Shown: positions 9,125 through 18,479 of the stretch, one piece after another
How the letters are laid out: each line of letters opens with the position of its first letter
Position numbering within the stretch: position 1 is the first letter of the stretch
IMG/VR virus record: IMGVR_UViG_3300009509_000001
Coordinates: 1 to 64,000 of that record
Length of the DNA: 64,000 bases
Direction: 5' to 3' (one strand)
From: a virus
Notes under the pieces: model-generated
The model's database searches: none
What the model saw: the letters and a program-made list of their open reading frames with translations, nothing else
Told to the model about the DNA's origin: nothing
Translations under genes and position numbers: made by a program

Positions 9125-10663
9125 TTAAACGGTGTAGAGGATGACGCCGAATCTTGCGATCTTGATGTCCTCCGATGGGGAGTTGAATCCCAATTTCAGG
9201 TAAACAGTGCCCTTCGACGTAATGGCGAACTGGTCGCCGATGTCGGCCTCCACTATAAGCGCGTTGCCGGCGGCGATTTCCGGGGTGGGCAGGGTGAACG
9301 AGGCGTCCCACGCGGACGGCATGGACTGGGCCACGGATGGATAGTCCTTGGCGATGTACGAAACGGCGAGTGCCGGTATGGCTCCGCCGACGCTCAGGCC
9401 GTAGACTTCCGCGATAACCGCGGCTTTCAGTGTGCCGGTGAAATACGGTAGAGAGATCCTGCCGAGCATGAAGGCGTCGCGCCCGGCCGGAAGGCTGAAA
9501 TAAGTGTAGAAGCCGTCGTTGGCTTCGATGGCGTTGTTCAGATTGACGTTCTGCGGTTCCAGGAACGTACCGATGGCTCCGTCGCTGATCGTGACGGTTC
9601 CGCTGCTCTCCTGCTTCTGCAGGTTGCCGGCGACTTCGACGGCAACTACGACCGGGCTGCGCAGAGCCTGGCGGCCGTTGAGAGACATGACGGCAAACCC
9701 CGTAGGCGGCTGGACGTCGTCATAGGTCCACGGTACCATGTTGGCCGTGAGTATGCCCTGGAGGGCGCTGAGAACGATTTCGCTCGGGGTGTCGCTTCGG
9801 GCTCCGCGGAGGACCGGTTCGCCAAAGCTGTACGGAATGGTGATGACGGCCTCGAGAGTCGTGTATGTGACGGCCGGTGACGTAACGTCGTCGCTCCACA
9901 GGTTGTCCACATTGTTGTAGATGCTGAGCGCCGTTTCCAGCAGAAGCACGCCGTCGCCGTAAATGCGGATGATGCCCGGGATGGTGGAAAATATGCGCTG
10001 CATGTCGGGATCGCTGGCAAGGTCGTAGCCCCACAGGGCCGTGAGCGGCTTCTCCATGTCGTCGAACTGAGTGTCGGATTCGGCGAGCCACGCCGCCGCC
10101 AGCGTATAGGACTGGTGGATATGGTTCGGAATGGCCGCCCGCTTGTCGAACATGACCATTACGCCGTTGCCCTGGTACTGGACGACCAGGACGTCGAGCT
10201 CCTGCTCGGACAACGTGAGTTCGCCGTCGTTCGTCATGGACAGACGGTAGGTACCCGGATCGGCACTTACGCCCAGAGCGGCGTCGGCCAGAGCCTGGCT
10301 TTCGAACGTTCCGGTCGTCCACACATAGGCGCTCGTGGCGTTCGGCTTCTCGGTAACGATGCCCAGCACATAGGCGGACTCGTTGAGCCGCAAGCTGCCG
10401 TCGGCCGCGTACGCCGACGCGAACTGGGAGAGTGCTTTCTTGACAGTTCCCGTCGAGGTTTCCAGATAGACCGTGTCACCGACGACCACGGTGGTGTCGA
10501 CGTTGTCGTAGAGTCCTACGAGGTTGCGGCCGGCCGTAATCTGATCCACCTGCTGCTTCAGCCAATCGGTCCTGGCGATCAGGTCAAAAACTGGCTTGTT
10601 CATGGCGGTATGCTCGGTCGAGTTCTCAAACTCGTATGTATCTACGTCTGGAATCCAAACCAT
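9125..10663 (-). CDS. Proximal tail fibre / baseplate-anchored fibre protein (512 aa)
   Basis: N-terminal NKPVFDLIARTDWLKQQ resembles the L-x-x-R-T-x-W-L-K fibre anchor motif; follows wedge genes. Confidence 0.55.
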   Translation of the reverse strand: MVWIPDVDTYEFENSTEHTAMNKPVFDLIARTDWLKQQVDQITAGRNLVGLYDNVDTTVVVGDTVYLETSTGTVKKALSQFASAYAADGSLRLNESAYVLGIVTEKPNATSAYVWTTGTFESQALADAALGVSADPGTYRLSMTNDGELTLSEQELDVLVVQYQGNGVMVMFDKRAAIPNHIHQSYTLAAAWLAESDTQFDDMEKPLTALWGYDLASDPDMQRIFSTIPGIIRIYGDGVLLLETALSIYNNVDNLWSDDVTSPAVTYTTLEAVITIPYSFGEPVLRGARSDTPSEIVLSALQGILTANMVPWTYDDVQPPTGFAVMSLNGRQALRSPVVVAVEVAGNLQKQESSGTVTISDGAIGTFLEPQNVNLNNAIEANDGFYTYFSLPAGRDAFMLGRISLPYFTGTLKAAVIAEVYGLSVGGAIPALAVSYIAKDYPSVAQSMPSAWDASFTLPTPEIAAGNALIVEADIGDQFAITSKGTVYLKLGFNSPSEDIKIARFGVILYTV

Positions 10664-10674
10664 GACTCAACTCC

Positions 10675-11238
10675 TTATGGTGCTTCGAACTTGATGCTTG
10701 CCTTCACACCAAGTTGAATGTTGGCGACCTTCGTGATCGGCGCGAAGGTTCCGGAGTACTTGAGCGCCGCCGCGTTGTACACGATGTCCTGGGAGGCGTC
10801 GTTGATGTCCGGCATGTGTACGAGCGCCACGGTGAAGAACTGGCTGACTCCGTCCTGAACCGCCACGATGCCTTCGGCGACCGGATCGGAAACGCCGACC
10901 ACGCGCGCTTTGTTGCCCGCATACTCGAGCGCCGTGCTCAGATACTCGGGATCGAGCGTCAACGGAACGCGGACGTACCCTTGATCGCCGACATAGCCAG
11001 GATCTTCATAAGCCGCGTAATAGGCACGATCCCGTGTGGGCAGTATGGTCGGCTCGATCGGAGCCGAGTTCTTGAACTCGACGTACATGCCGTTCAGAAA
11101 TTTGTTCGTCGTGGCCATCATGGCCAAAAGGTCGTACCCCGTGTACAACGTCGTATTGAACATCCGCGCCCGCGGCGCGAGAAAACATCCGCCTACCACG
11201 GGAGCGACCGTAAATTCACATGAAGGAAGCATCGTCAA
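10675..11238 (-). CDS. Baseplate wedge / tail-collar-like protein (~185 aa)
   Basis: Position between wedge and fibre genes; beta-rich; start may be ATG 11232 after GAGG. Confidence 0.45.
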   Translation of the reverse strand: MTMLPSCEFTVAPVVGGCFLAPRARMFNTTLYTGYDLLAMMATTNKFLNGMYVEFKNSAPIEPTILPTRDRAYYAAYEDPGYVGDQGYVRVPLTLDPEYLSTALEYAGNKARVVGVSDPVAEGIVAVQDGVSQFFTVALVHMPDINDASQDIVYNAAALKYSGTFAPITKVANIQLGVKASIKFEAP

Positions 11239-11242
11239 CCTC

Positions 11243-12631
11243 TCAGTATAGTTTTTCGTTACCTATAACATAGTCTGTTATCGTTGTTATGTCCAGCTCA
11301 TCAGCCTCTCCCACGCTCAACGGTTCAGCCTCGTCGGTACTCGCGATCGGCGACGTTTCTTCGTCAGCGAAAGCGAACGCGTTGAGGATGTAGGTTGTGC
11401 TCGCAGGCAACACCGCATCCAGATAACGAAGAAGCTTTATGGCTTCCGGATCGGGCAGTATTGCCAGGTCCGCCGTTATGAATATGACGCTGCTTGCAAG
11501 AAAGTTTGATCTGACGAGTTCGAATGGGTTGACCGTGAACGGTGCGTGCTGGTCGCCGATTATGGCTTCCTGCAGGTCGATCCCTCTGGCTGCCGCCTCG
11601 AGATCGGCCGTGGCCCAAAAGTATTCCACATCACTCGGGTCTCCCCCTATCGGGAATTTGTAATCGGTGACTTCGAGTTCGGCGTTTTCGAAGGAAAGCG
11701 CCTTTCCGCTCGGAGTCTCGATGAATGCATTGCTGAGCACGAGCTGCGGGAAATCTCCTGGGTCGATCTCTTCGCGGCCTCGCATGATATTGAAAGTGTT
11801 GAACAACCGGTCGCCGGTCTGTACCTGGTCACCGACGGCCACTATGGCGTTGCCGATTCCAGGGCATGAATGCAGCGTGTCGCCGACGGCCACCCAGGTG
11901 CGGTCGCCCTCGTCCCAGACTACGGTCACTTCGCCGTCGCCGTTCGCCACGTCGGTGTCGAGCAACGCACCCACGAACAAAGCCGTTCTGTAGGCCGTGC
12001 CACCCTCCTGGAGCAGATCGTAGATGGCGTTTAGTATGCGGCGGTAATACCGCGTTGACGGCGTGAGCATGCGGATCACGCGGCCGTAGTAGTCGGTCAA
12101 ATAGTTCGCGTCGTCCTCGGTGTGGACGAACCAGAGATCCACCAGTTTTATCTGGTTGTCGTTCTCGACCACGAGATGCTGCCGGAACGACTCCTCGAAC
12201 GGGTCGATGTACAGCCTCAGTTCATCGCCGACGATGTCGAAATGCGCGCCGCGGCTAAGGGCCAGATTGGGCTCCACCGGGTTGTCGATTATGGCCAGAC
12301 ATTTGTCGGTCGGTGCAGCCGCCACCCATATGGACGGGTTCGTCGTAAGCTCGTCGAGCTTGTGCCCCTGGTCCATAAGGTACGATCCGAGCGTCACGTA
12401 TTTTCGAGTGAGCTCTAGCTGGCTGAATCCGCCGTACTTCAATGAACGCGTCTTCGATACCGGAACATCAAATCTGTTGAGGAACTCCGGCAACTGCGCG
12501 ACGTCGCCCTGCAGCCGCTCGAACATGAAGTTCGTGGCCGTGAGCAGCGCTTTGTACAGGTCAGGGTCCTTCCAGGTGTTGTTCCAGAAAGATCCGAACA
12601 TTTGTTTCAGATCGTTTCTGCTTGTAATCAT
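11243..12631 (-). CDS. Baseplate wedge protein (P2 gpI/T4 gp7-like position, 462 aa)
   Basis: Directly downstream of baseplate J; C-terminal LRYLDAVLPASTTY resembles wedge-protein ends. Confidence 0.55.
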   Translation of the reverse strand: MITSRNDLKQMFGSFWNNTWKDPDLYKALLTATNFMFERLQGDVAQLPEFLNRFDVPVSKTRSLKYGGFSQLELTRKYVTLGSYLMDQGHKLDELTTNPSIWVAAAPTDKCLAIIDNPVEPNLALSRGAHFDIVGDELRLYIDPFEESFRQHLVVENDNQIKLVDLWFVHTEDDANYLTDYYGRVIRMLTPSTRYYRRILNAIYDLLQEGGTAYRTALFVGALLDTDVANGDGEVTVVWDEGDRTWVAVGDTLHSCPGIGNAIVAVGDQVQTGDRLFNTFNIMRGREEIDPGDFPQLVLSNAFIETPSGKALSFENAELEVTDYKFPIGGDPSDVEYFWATADLEAAARGIDLQEAIIGDQHAPFTVNPFELVRSNFLASSVIFITADLAILPDPEAIKLLRYLDAVLPASTTYILNAFAFADEETSPIASTDEAEPLSVGEADELDITTITDYVIGNEKLY

Positions 12632-14223
12632 GCTTTATCCCTCAGGTCTACTTTAATGAAGTCGGCGATACAGTAGAACATCGTGTTGCGCTCCGTGACC
12701 CAGCTGTAATCGGACTCCGGTACGTTTATTCTCCCCGTGATGCTCCGAACGGTCTCCACTGTGCCGTCCGGTTGCTGGAAATCTGCCTGAAGGGTCACCG
12801 GGAACTTCACATTGAGATCCGAGTTGACGCCTTCGACCGCGTTGACGACCAGTGACGCATCCAGGCCGTCTATTCCTATCTCGGTGGCGTTGATTGCGCT
12901 GGCGATCGCCGTCTGCAATGCCGTTACGGTCGTCGCGGTGTCGCCCGACTCGCGCTCGACGGTTACCGTGATGCTCACGGCCGCCGGGTTCGGGGCACGC
13001 ACGAGAACGTCATGAGCCTCGTTGCGGATGTCGCGTCGGTTGATGTATTCCTGAAGCGTCTGCAGGCCGGGAAGTCCACTCACGACGATCTCGAACACAG
13101 CGTCCGTATCGGCAATGTCGTTGAAAGTGAACAGAACCTGAGCGGTCTGGTAAACGCTGTAACGGGCGGTGTCGCCGCTGAATACGTGCGGGCCGCCGTC
13201 CTCTTCGGAATACCCGTAGATGACGGTTGCTTCATGCTCGTCGGTGACGATGCTGCTGGACTCAGGATGCTTGATCGACTCGATCCGGTAAAACCCGAGA
13301 CCCTGCTCGGCCGTGATGAAAAGCTGCCACGGGCTCGTCGAGGTCGCCCGGCTGGCCAGGACCTGGATCGTGCGCTCGATCGGAGCATCGGCGGTGCGGC
13401 ACCATGTGTCCACCCTGCCGCCGGCACTGATGCCGAAGACGTTGTCGCGGTCGCGGATGCACTCGGGATCGTTGATGCCGAAGCTGGCCTGGCTGTAGAT
13501 TGTTACGGCGCCGAAGTCACGGAACAGCGCCTCGAGGTGGGAGTTGCCGCTCGGAACCTTGGCCGTCATTCCGTTCAGGGCCTGGTCGAGAATCTCCTCG
13601 GTCGAATCCGGTTCGCGGCCGCCGGCGATGCTCGTCGCGGTTTCGATCCGGGTAACCTGGCTTGGACGCGTAGCGCTCGTCACCTGGACGCCGCGCGTCA
13701 CCGACTCGCCGGTGTAGTTCACGGTGCGAACAGGAACCAGGAACACGTACTCGTCACCCAGCTGCGTGAGCTGACGGTAAACGGTATCCTCGGTGTCGAC
13801 GTACTCGTCGATGTTCGGGACGCCGACGTAAGTAAGGTCGTTCGTCACCGCGAGGCCGCCCGCACTGTACTGCGATCCGCCGGGCAGATAGATGTTGCCG
13901 GCCTGCTTGGTGTAGACCGCAATGTCGCCAGTCCCGTAAAGGCCCGTATTCTGCGACACTCTGAAATTCGATGCAAGCGACAGGATGAGATCCTGATCGG
14001 GCGACTCGGCGATGCTGGCCAGATAAAGCGACATGTTCTCGCGCAGGGCCTCGATGTCGGCATCGTCGGCGGCGGCGCGGACGGCTGCCGGACGGATGAC
14101 CATCTCATACAGCATGCTGCCGTGATCCCATTCGTAGTCGGGATATTGCGTGCGGTATGCTTCAATAAAGAGCGCTTCGTATTCCTGAAGCACGTCGGTA
14201 TCGAGGCTTGCGAAATCTGTCAT
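12628..14223 (-). CDS. Baseplate J-like wedge protein (531 aa)
   Basis: YPDYEWDHGSMLYEMVIRPAA N-terminus, IAGGREPDSTEEILDQA and GGRVDTW motifs typical of gpJ/gp47; follows the gp25-like gene; SD AGGAGG. Confidence 0.85.
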   Translation of the reverse strand: MTDFASLDTDVLQEYEALFIEAYRTQYPDYEWDHGSMLYEMVIRPAAVRAAADDADIEALRENMSLYLASIAESPDQDLILSLASNFRVSQNTGLYGTGDIAVYTKQAGNIYLPGGSQYSAGGLAVTNDLTYVGVPNIDEYVDTEDTVYRQLTQLGDEYVFLVPVRTVNYTGESVTRGVQVTSATRPSQVTRIETATSIAGGREPDSTEEILDQALNGMTAKVPSGNSHLEALFRDFGAVTIYSQASFGINDPECIRDRDNVFGISAGGRVDTWCRTADAPIERTIQVLASRATSTSPWQLFITAEQGLGFYRIESIKHPESSSIVTDEHEATVIYGYSEEDGGPHVFSGDTARYSVYQTAQVLFTFNDIADTDAVFEIVVSGLPGLQTLQEYINRRDIRNEAHDVLVRAPNPAAVSITVTVERESGDTATTVTALQTAIASAINATEIGIDGLDASLVVNAVEGVNSDLNVKFPVTLQADFQQPDGTVETVRSITGRINVPESDYSWVTERNTMFYCIADFIKVDLRDKA

Positions 14224-14232
14224 GGTATCCTC

Positions 14233-14637
14233 CTATAATTCGAAACTGGTGTAAAGCGGCTGCCCGGCTCTGGTCACGACTTCGACCTCGACGGTGAGCG
14301 AATCCTCGTTGATCACGATATTCGCGAAATTTATGAACTCGAGAACCTCGTCGTCGGGTATGGAGCGGCCGACCTGGTCGCTCTGAATGATCTCTTTGAT
14401 GTCGGCGGCTGCCAGATTCAGCTCGTTCCTTATGAGCTCTTCACCCTGTGCCAGGTTCGACGATCCGACGTCGCTGGCTATGCCGGTCGATGGGAAGCGG
14501 GCCACGTCGTTGGTGCTGCTGAGCAGCATGGTGACGACCTTCTGGGCCAGCACGGAGCGCCCGGTGCATGTCCCGGTCAGTTTCAACGGCATGACGCGCA
14601 CGCCCTCGCTGGAATCAAGAAAACTGATGTCCTTCAA
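14233..14637 (-). CDS. gp25-like baseplate sheath-initiator (134 aa)
   Basis: LAQKVVTMLLSSTNDVARFPSTG motif, size, and position before J. Confidence 0.65.
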   Translation of the reverse strand: MKDISFLDSSEGVRVMPLKLTGTCTGRSVLAQKVVTMLLSSTNDVARFPSTGIASDVGSSNLAQGEELIRNELNLAAADIKEIIQSDQVGRSIPDDEVLEFINFANIVINEDSLTVEVEVVTRAGQPLYTSFEL

Positions 14638-15014
14638 AGCTCAACCCTCCTTATTCCGGCGAGCAGGAACCCGTCCGTGTCGTTGGGGTCTTTCGCATCG
14701 CCTTCATGCAGCGCCCGCTTCATGTAGAGCAGGTACCCTCGGCACATTTTCATCCGGTCGGCGGTGGCGCTGTAGTTGTCGCGTGCCAGCGACATGAGCA
14801 GATTTCCCTGACGGCTTGCCGCCTGGATCTCCCGCCGGTTGTTGTTGTACGCGGCGTCGGCCATGGCATCGTTGGTCTCGTTGATAACCTTGTCGACCTG
14901 ATCGATGCCGAGGGCGTCCGGCGGCCTGAAGCCGTGATCCGGCTCAGTGCCGGTCATGGACTCGACCCGCTTGTCGAACGTCTGTTTCAGGCTGTCGTAT
15001 ACTGGCTCAAGCAT
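14634..15014 (-). CDS. Hypothetical baseplate-region protein (126 aa)
   Basis: Tiles between sigma and gp25-like genes with overlapping junctions. Confidence 0.55.
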   Translation of the reverse strand: MLEPVYDSLKQTFDKRVESMTGTEPDHGFRPPDALGIDQVDKVINETNDAMADAAYNNNRREIQAASRQGNLLMSLARDNYSATADRMKMCRGYLLYMKRALHEGDAKDPNDTDGFLLAGIRRVEL

Positions 15015-15771
15015 TCAATTCCTGCCCTTCTTCGATCTTGGCGACGATCTTGTTGATGCGCTTGCTCACGGCCGGCGCGCTTATCTTCAGTCGTTGTGCG
15101 ATCTCGGCCTTCGGTATCTTCTCGACACCGCCGTAACCGGTACTCCACTCGTAAACCTTCTTGTCGATGGGATCGAGCTCTTCGTAAACATAATCCAGCC
15201 ACATGTCCTTGAGCTCACGGCCCTGCGACATCGGATCGCCCTTCTCGCTTTCGGTCGACGATTCCGTACGGCTGTTGCCGTATCTGTTGATGCGGTCGAT
15301 CTGGCGTATGCTGAAACCGCTGAGATCGGCAAGCTCCCGGAGGTTGGGTTCGCGGTCGTACTCCGCTTTGAACTCGTCGGCCTTCCGCTGCAGGTGCTGC
15401 TTCTCGGCGTGGACGTTTTCCGGGATGTGCATGACGCTCATGCGTTCCTGCCGGACCTGGGTAAGCTTGTGCAGACTGTTGCTGATGTGGGTGCGGATTC
15501 CGGCACCCTTCTGAGGGTCGTAGTTCTCGGCGGCCCGCAGCGCTATGAGCTGTGCCTGGGTTCGGTACTCATCCGGGTCCTTGCCGCCGAAGTTCTGCAG
15601 GGCCTTGTCGATCTCCGGCTGAAGCGCATTGAGGAACGGTTCGGCATTCTGCGGCGTCGGGGCACTCCGCCAGGTTTCGTAATAGTTGTCGACGTCGGTC
15701 TTGCTCGCAGGCGTCGGGCCGGCGGCCTTCACGTTGTCATTAGTTGCCCAGGGGCTGTTAGTCTTGTTCAT
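15007..15771 (-). CDS. Sigma-70-family RNA polymerase sigma factor (group 3-like; regions 2, 3, 4; 254 aa)
   Basis: Region 2 LIALRAAENYDPQKGAGIRTHI, region 3 AEYDREPNLRELADLSGFS, region 4 HTH PKAEIAQRLKISAPAVSKRINKI. Confidence 0.88.
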   Translation of the reverse strand: MNKTNSPWATNDNVKAAGPTPASKTDVDNYYETWRSAPTPQNAEPFLNALQPEIDKALQNFGGKDPDEYRTQAQLIALRAAENYDPQKGAGIRTHISNSLHKLTQVRQERMSVMHIPENVHAEKQHLQRKADEFKAEYDREPNLRELADLSGFSIRQIDRINRYGNSRTESSTESEKGDPMSQGRELKDMWLDYVYEELDPIDKKVYEWSTGYGGVEKIPKAEIAQRLKISAPAVSKRINKIVAKIEEGQELNA

Positions 15772-17372
15772 TTATTCGTGGCCTCCTTGACCTTTGTCAG
15801 GTATGCATCCGGGTCGCCGCCAATATCCTTCTGCTCGGATCTGCTCATGACCCTGCCGCTTCGATCGATGATCGCGGCAAGCTTGTCCTTGACCGGGTCC
15901 TTGTCTATCGTATAAAGCGGATGCTTGTCCAGACCATAGGTGTCGTTCGTCGCTTCCGACCGTATGTGGGTGGTCGTAAGCTCGAGCGACGCGCTGCTGC
16001 CGCCGGCCGTGCTCGATGCCTTGAAGACGCCTCCGGCCAAAAAGCCGTAAAGCACCTCGTCGTCACCGGTTCCGACATGCGGCTGCTCTATCTTCATAAG
16101 ATAGCCCAACGCGTCCAAAAACTCAAGGCGATACCACGGCAGCTTGATGGTCAGGCTCACGCCTGAGTTCTTGACTTCGCTGAAGAACGCGCGGGCCAAC
16201 GCTTTGGCGACGGTTTCCGCCACCTCGATGTTCTTCTGCGCCTGGTCCGTCTTCAGCTTGGCCTTCTTGCTGTTCTTCAGAACGTCCGTGGTCGGTTCTT
16301 CGGCCGCGTCGGCGTTGTTCAGTTTATCCAGGAACGGGTTCAGCCAGTCCGGGATCGACACGACCTTGGAAATACCGGCATCCGGCATAGCCGACGTGTC
16401 CGGGTAGGACTGGAACTGCGGAACGCCGGCCGGGCCGTACAGGGTCGGCACGAATATGGCGTCCACTATGTCCTGCTCGGCCGAAAGAGTCTGGTTGTTG
16501 GAAAGAGCTATGATGTCGCCCCGCTTGACGGTGGCCACGGCCTTCTTGGCCCAGGGGAACGCCGGGATCGGGTCCACCTGACCGCCTGTCGTCGGAACCA
16601 TGTTGAAGAACATGGTGCTTTTCAGCATGGCCGAGAGCGCCGTGTACGGGTCGCTCTCGAGGGCATATTTCTTCAACCGCTGCAGAAGGCGGGATTCCGG
16701 GTGACTACGGGAATCCAGATAGATCTCCTTGATGATCTGCGTTTCGCGCCCGCGCTCGTTTATGTGGGTCGTCACCACGTCCGTGCCGAACCGTTTGTTC
16801 GACAGATGCTGGGTGAGTATGCTCAAAGCGTTGACGATGAAGGGGACGACGCCGTTGACGAGCCGTGGATCCTTTTCATACACGCCGATGTTCACGAAAA
16901 AATTGTCGGTGTTTATCCGCTGCAACAGAGCGCTGCGGCCGAAGGCGTCGATGGTGGCTGCCGCCGCCCCGTTGCCTTCATAGGCCGTTCCCCAGTACCG
17001 ATAGCCCTGGACCGTAATCGTGCGGAGCGTGCTCACAGCGCTCAGGCAGTTAACGACCGTGCCCGTATAGGACCCGGACACGTTGTTGGCGGCCGTCCGG
17101 CTGACGGTCGAAACGAACCCGGTAAACACGACGAGACCGTCCGTCGCGCCGTCGATCTTGATCCTGACGACGACCGACGTGAATGCGGAGTCGAATTTCT
17201 TCGGCGAGTTGAAGCGTTTCTTGCCGAATGGGTCGATGCCCTGTGCAAGCACGAGCTCGGCGCTCGAAGGCTGGTTTACGGCCATGCGCACGCGGACGCT
17301 GGTAAGCGGGTACGACGTGCCGCCGATAGTCGCTTCCAGTTCATCTATGCGTACGCTATGCAGTTTAGTCAT
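15768..17372 (-). CDS. Baseplate hub protein (Mu gp44/P2 gpD/T4 gp27-like, 534 aa)
   Basis: N-terminal VRVRMAVNQPSSAELVLAQG and VVFTGFVSTVS strands typical of hub proteins; position after the tape measure. Confidence 0.65.
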   Translation of the reverse strand: MTKLHSVRIDELEATIGGTSYPLTSVRVRMAVNQPSSAELVLAQGIDPFGKKRFNSPKKFDSAFTSVVVRIKIDGATDGLVVFTGFVSTVSRTAANNVSGSYTGTVVNCLSAVSTLRTITVQGYRYWGTAYEGNGAAAATIDAFGRSALLQRINTDNFFVNIGVYEKDPRLVNGVVPFIVNALSILTQHLSNKRFGTDVVTTHINERGRETQIIKEIYLDSRSHPESRLLQRLKKYALESDPYTALSAMLKSTMFFNMVPTTGGQVDPIPAFPWAKKAVATVKRGDIIALSNNQTLSAEQDIVDAIFVPTLYGPAGVPQFQSYPDTSAMPDAGISKVVSIPDWLNPFLDKLNNADAAEEPTTDVLKNSKKAKLKTDQAQKNIEVAETVAKALARAFFSEVKNSGVSLTIKLPWYRLEFLDALGYLMKIEQPHVGTGDDEVLYGFLAGGVFKASSTAGGSSASLELTTTHIRSEATNDTYGLDKHPLYTIDKDPVKDKLAAIIDRSGRVMSRSEQKDIGGDPDAYLTKVKEATNK

Positions 17373-18015
17373 TGGCTCGTTCCAGGGCGTTGAGTATGTG
17401 TGCGGCCAGACGTACCGTGACGATCGGCGATTCCTTGTAGGGTTCGAAGGTCGGCGTCCAGTCGGTAAGCCTGAGTGCGGTGACGGCGTTGAGCGTCGCC
17501 AGAATGTCGCGCACGGGCTGCCGTAGAAGATTCACGGTCCCATTGAACGATCCAGCCGGTGTTCCGATGAACCGGAAGCGTACGTTCTTGTACTCGAAAG
17601 TCTGCGTTCCGCCTGCAGGCCAGGCCACTTCGTACCCGGCGAACGTCAGGGTGTCCACCCCGTCGTAGCTGAAGGCTATGGACTGCCGCACCCAGTTGTA
17701 GGCCGGGAGCGTATCAAATACGGAGACGCTGACATTTCCAGGAACTCCTGAAAATATGGTAGTTGGATCGGCCACGGTCTCGGCCGGCCGATCATAGGTG
17801 TTGTTCGGGTCCAGTGCCGCGAGTTCGGTCGGCAGCGCCGCAAGACACAGCTGGCAAAGTTGATCGGCGCAGTACTGGGTATAGGCAGTCTCCCCCACCG
17901 GCGGCATGAGCGCCCGCACGATCCGATCGGGTTCATAGGAACGGTCGGAGTGCCTGTAGTAGAATTCGCCGGGAGTGGAGGCATCGGCAAGAAAGCCGTA
18001 CAGCTGGTTGATCAT
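17365..18015 (-). CDS. Hypothetical baseplate-region protein (216 aa)
   Basis: Tiles with overlapping junctions. Confidence 0.55.
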   Translation of the reverse strand: MINQLYGFLADASTPGEFYYRHSDRSYEPDRIVRALMPPVGETAYTQYCADQLCQLCLAALPTELAALDPNNTYDRPAETVADPTTIFSGVPGNVSVSVFDTLPAYNWVRQSIAFSYDGVDTLTFAGYEVAWPAGGTQTFEYKNVRFRFIGTPAGSFNGTVNLLRQPVRDILATLNAVTALRLTDWTPTFEPYKESPIVTVRLAAHILNALERAND

Positions 18016-18479
18016 TTGTACCTCCCGTGGATTATTAGCGTGTATATGAATATGTCCATGTTCGCGCCGTCACTGAGGGTGTACGGCTGCTGCTGGATTC
18101 CCACGAGAACGCCTTCGAACACGTTGTCGTCCCAGCTGATCTTGACTAGGCTGACCTTACCGTCGGTCCGCTTGGCCCCTGCATGGTTCTCCTTGTAAAG
18201 CGTTGCCAGCGACTTGCCACCGCCACCGGCGCACCTGTTTTCAGCCGGGATGCTAAGACCCTTTATCGTCATCGGCAGCATCTTTTGCCCAAAAGGCGTG
18301 ACCAATATCGTATCGTCGAACGTCTTGTCGATCTGCACGTCGGCAGCGCCCGAACCCGCCTGTGACAGCAGGTGGTAGTCATCCGACAGCGGCGCGCCGT
18401 CGACGACGACCGTTATCTTCGGGTTTCGTCCTATATCGCCTGTCGGCTCGGAAACTTTTGTTTTATCAAAGAATTTCAT
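18012..18479 (-). CDS. Tail-tube-initiator-like protein (155 aa)
   Basis: Immediately after the tape measure; DDTILVTPFGQKMLPMTIKGL resembles tube-fold proteins. Confidence 0.55.
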   Translation of the reverse strand: MKFFDKTKVSEPTGDIGRNPKITVVVDGAPLSDDYHLLSQAGSGAADVQIDKTFDDTILVTPFGQKMLPMTIKGLSIPAENRCAGGGGKSLATLYKENHAGAKRTDGKVSLVKISWDDNVFEGVLVGIQQQPYTLSDGANMDIFIYTLIIHGRYK

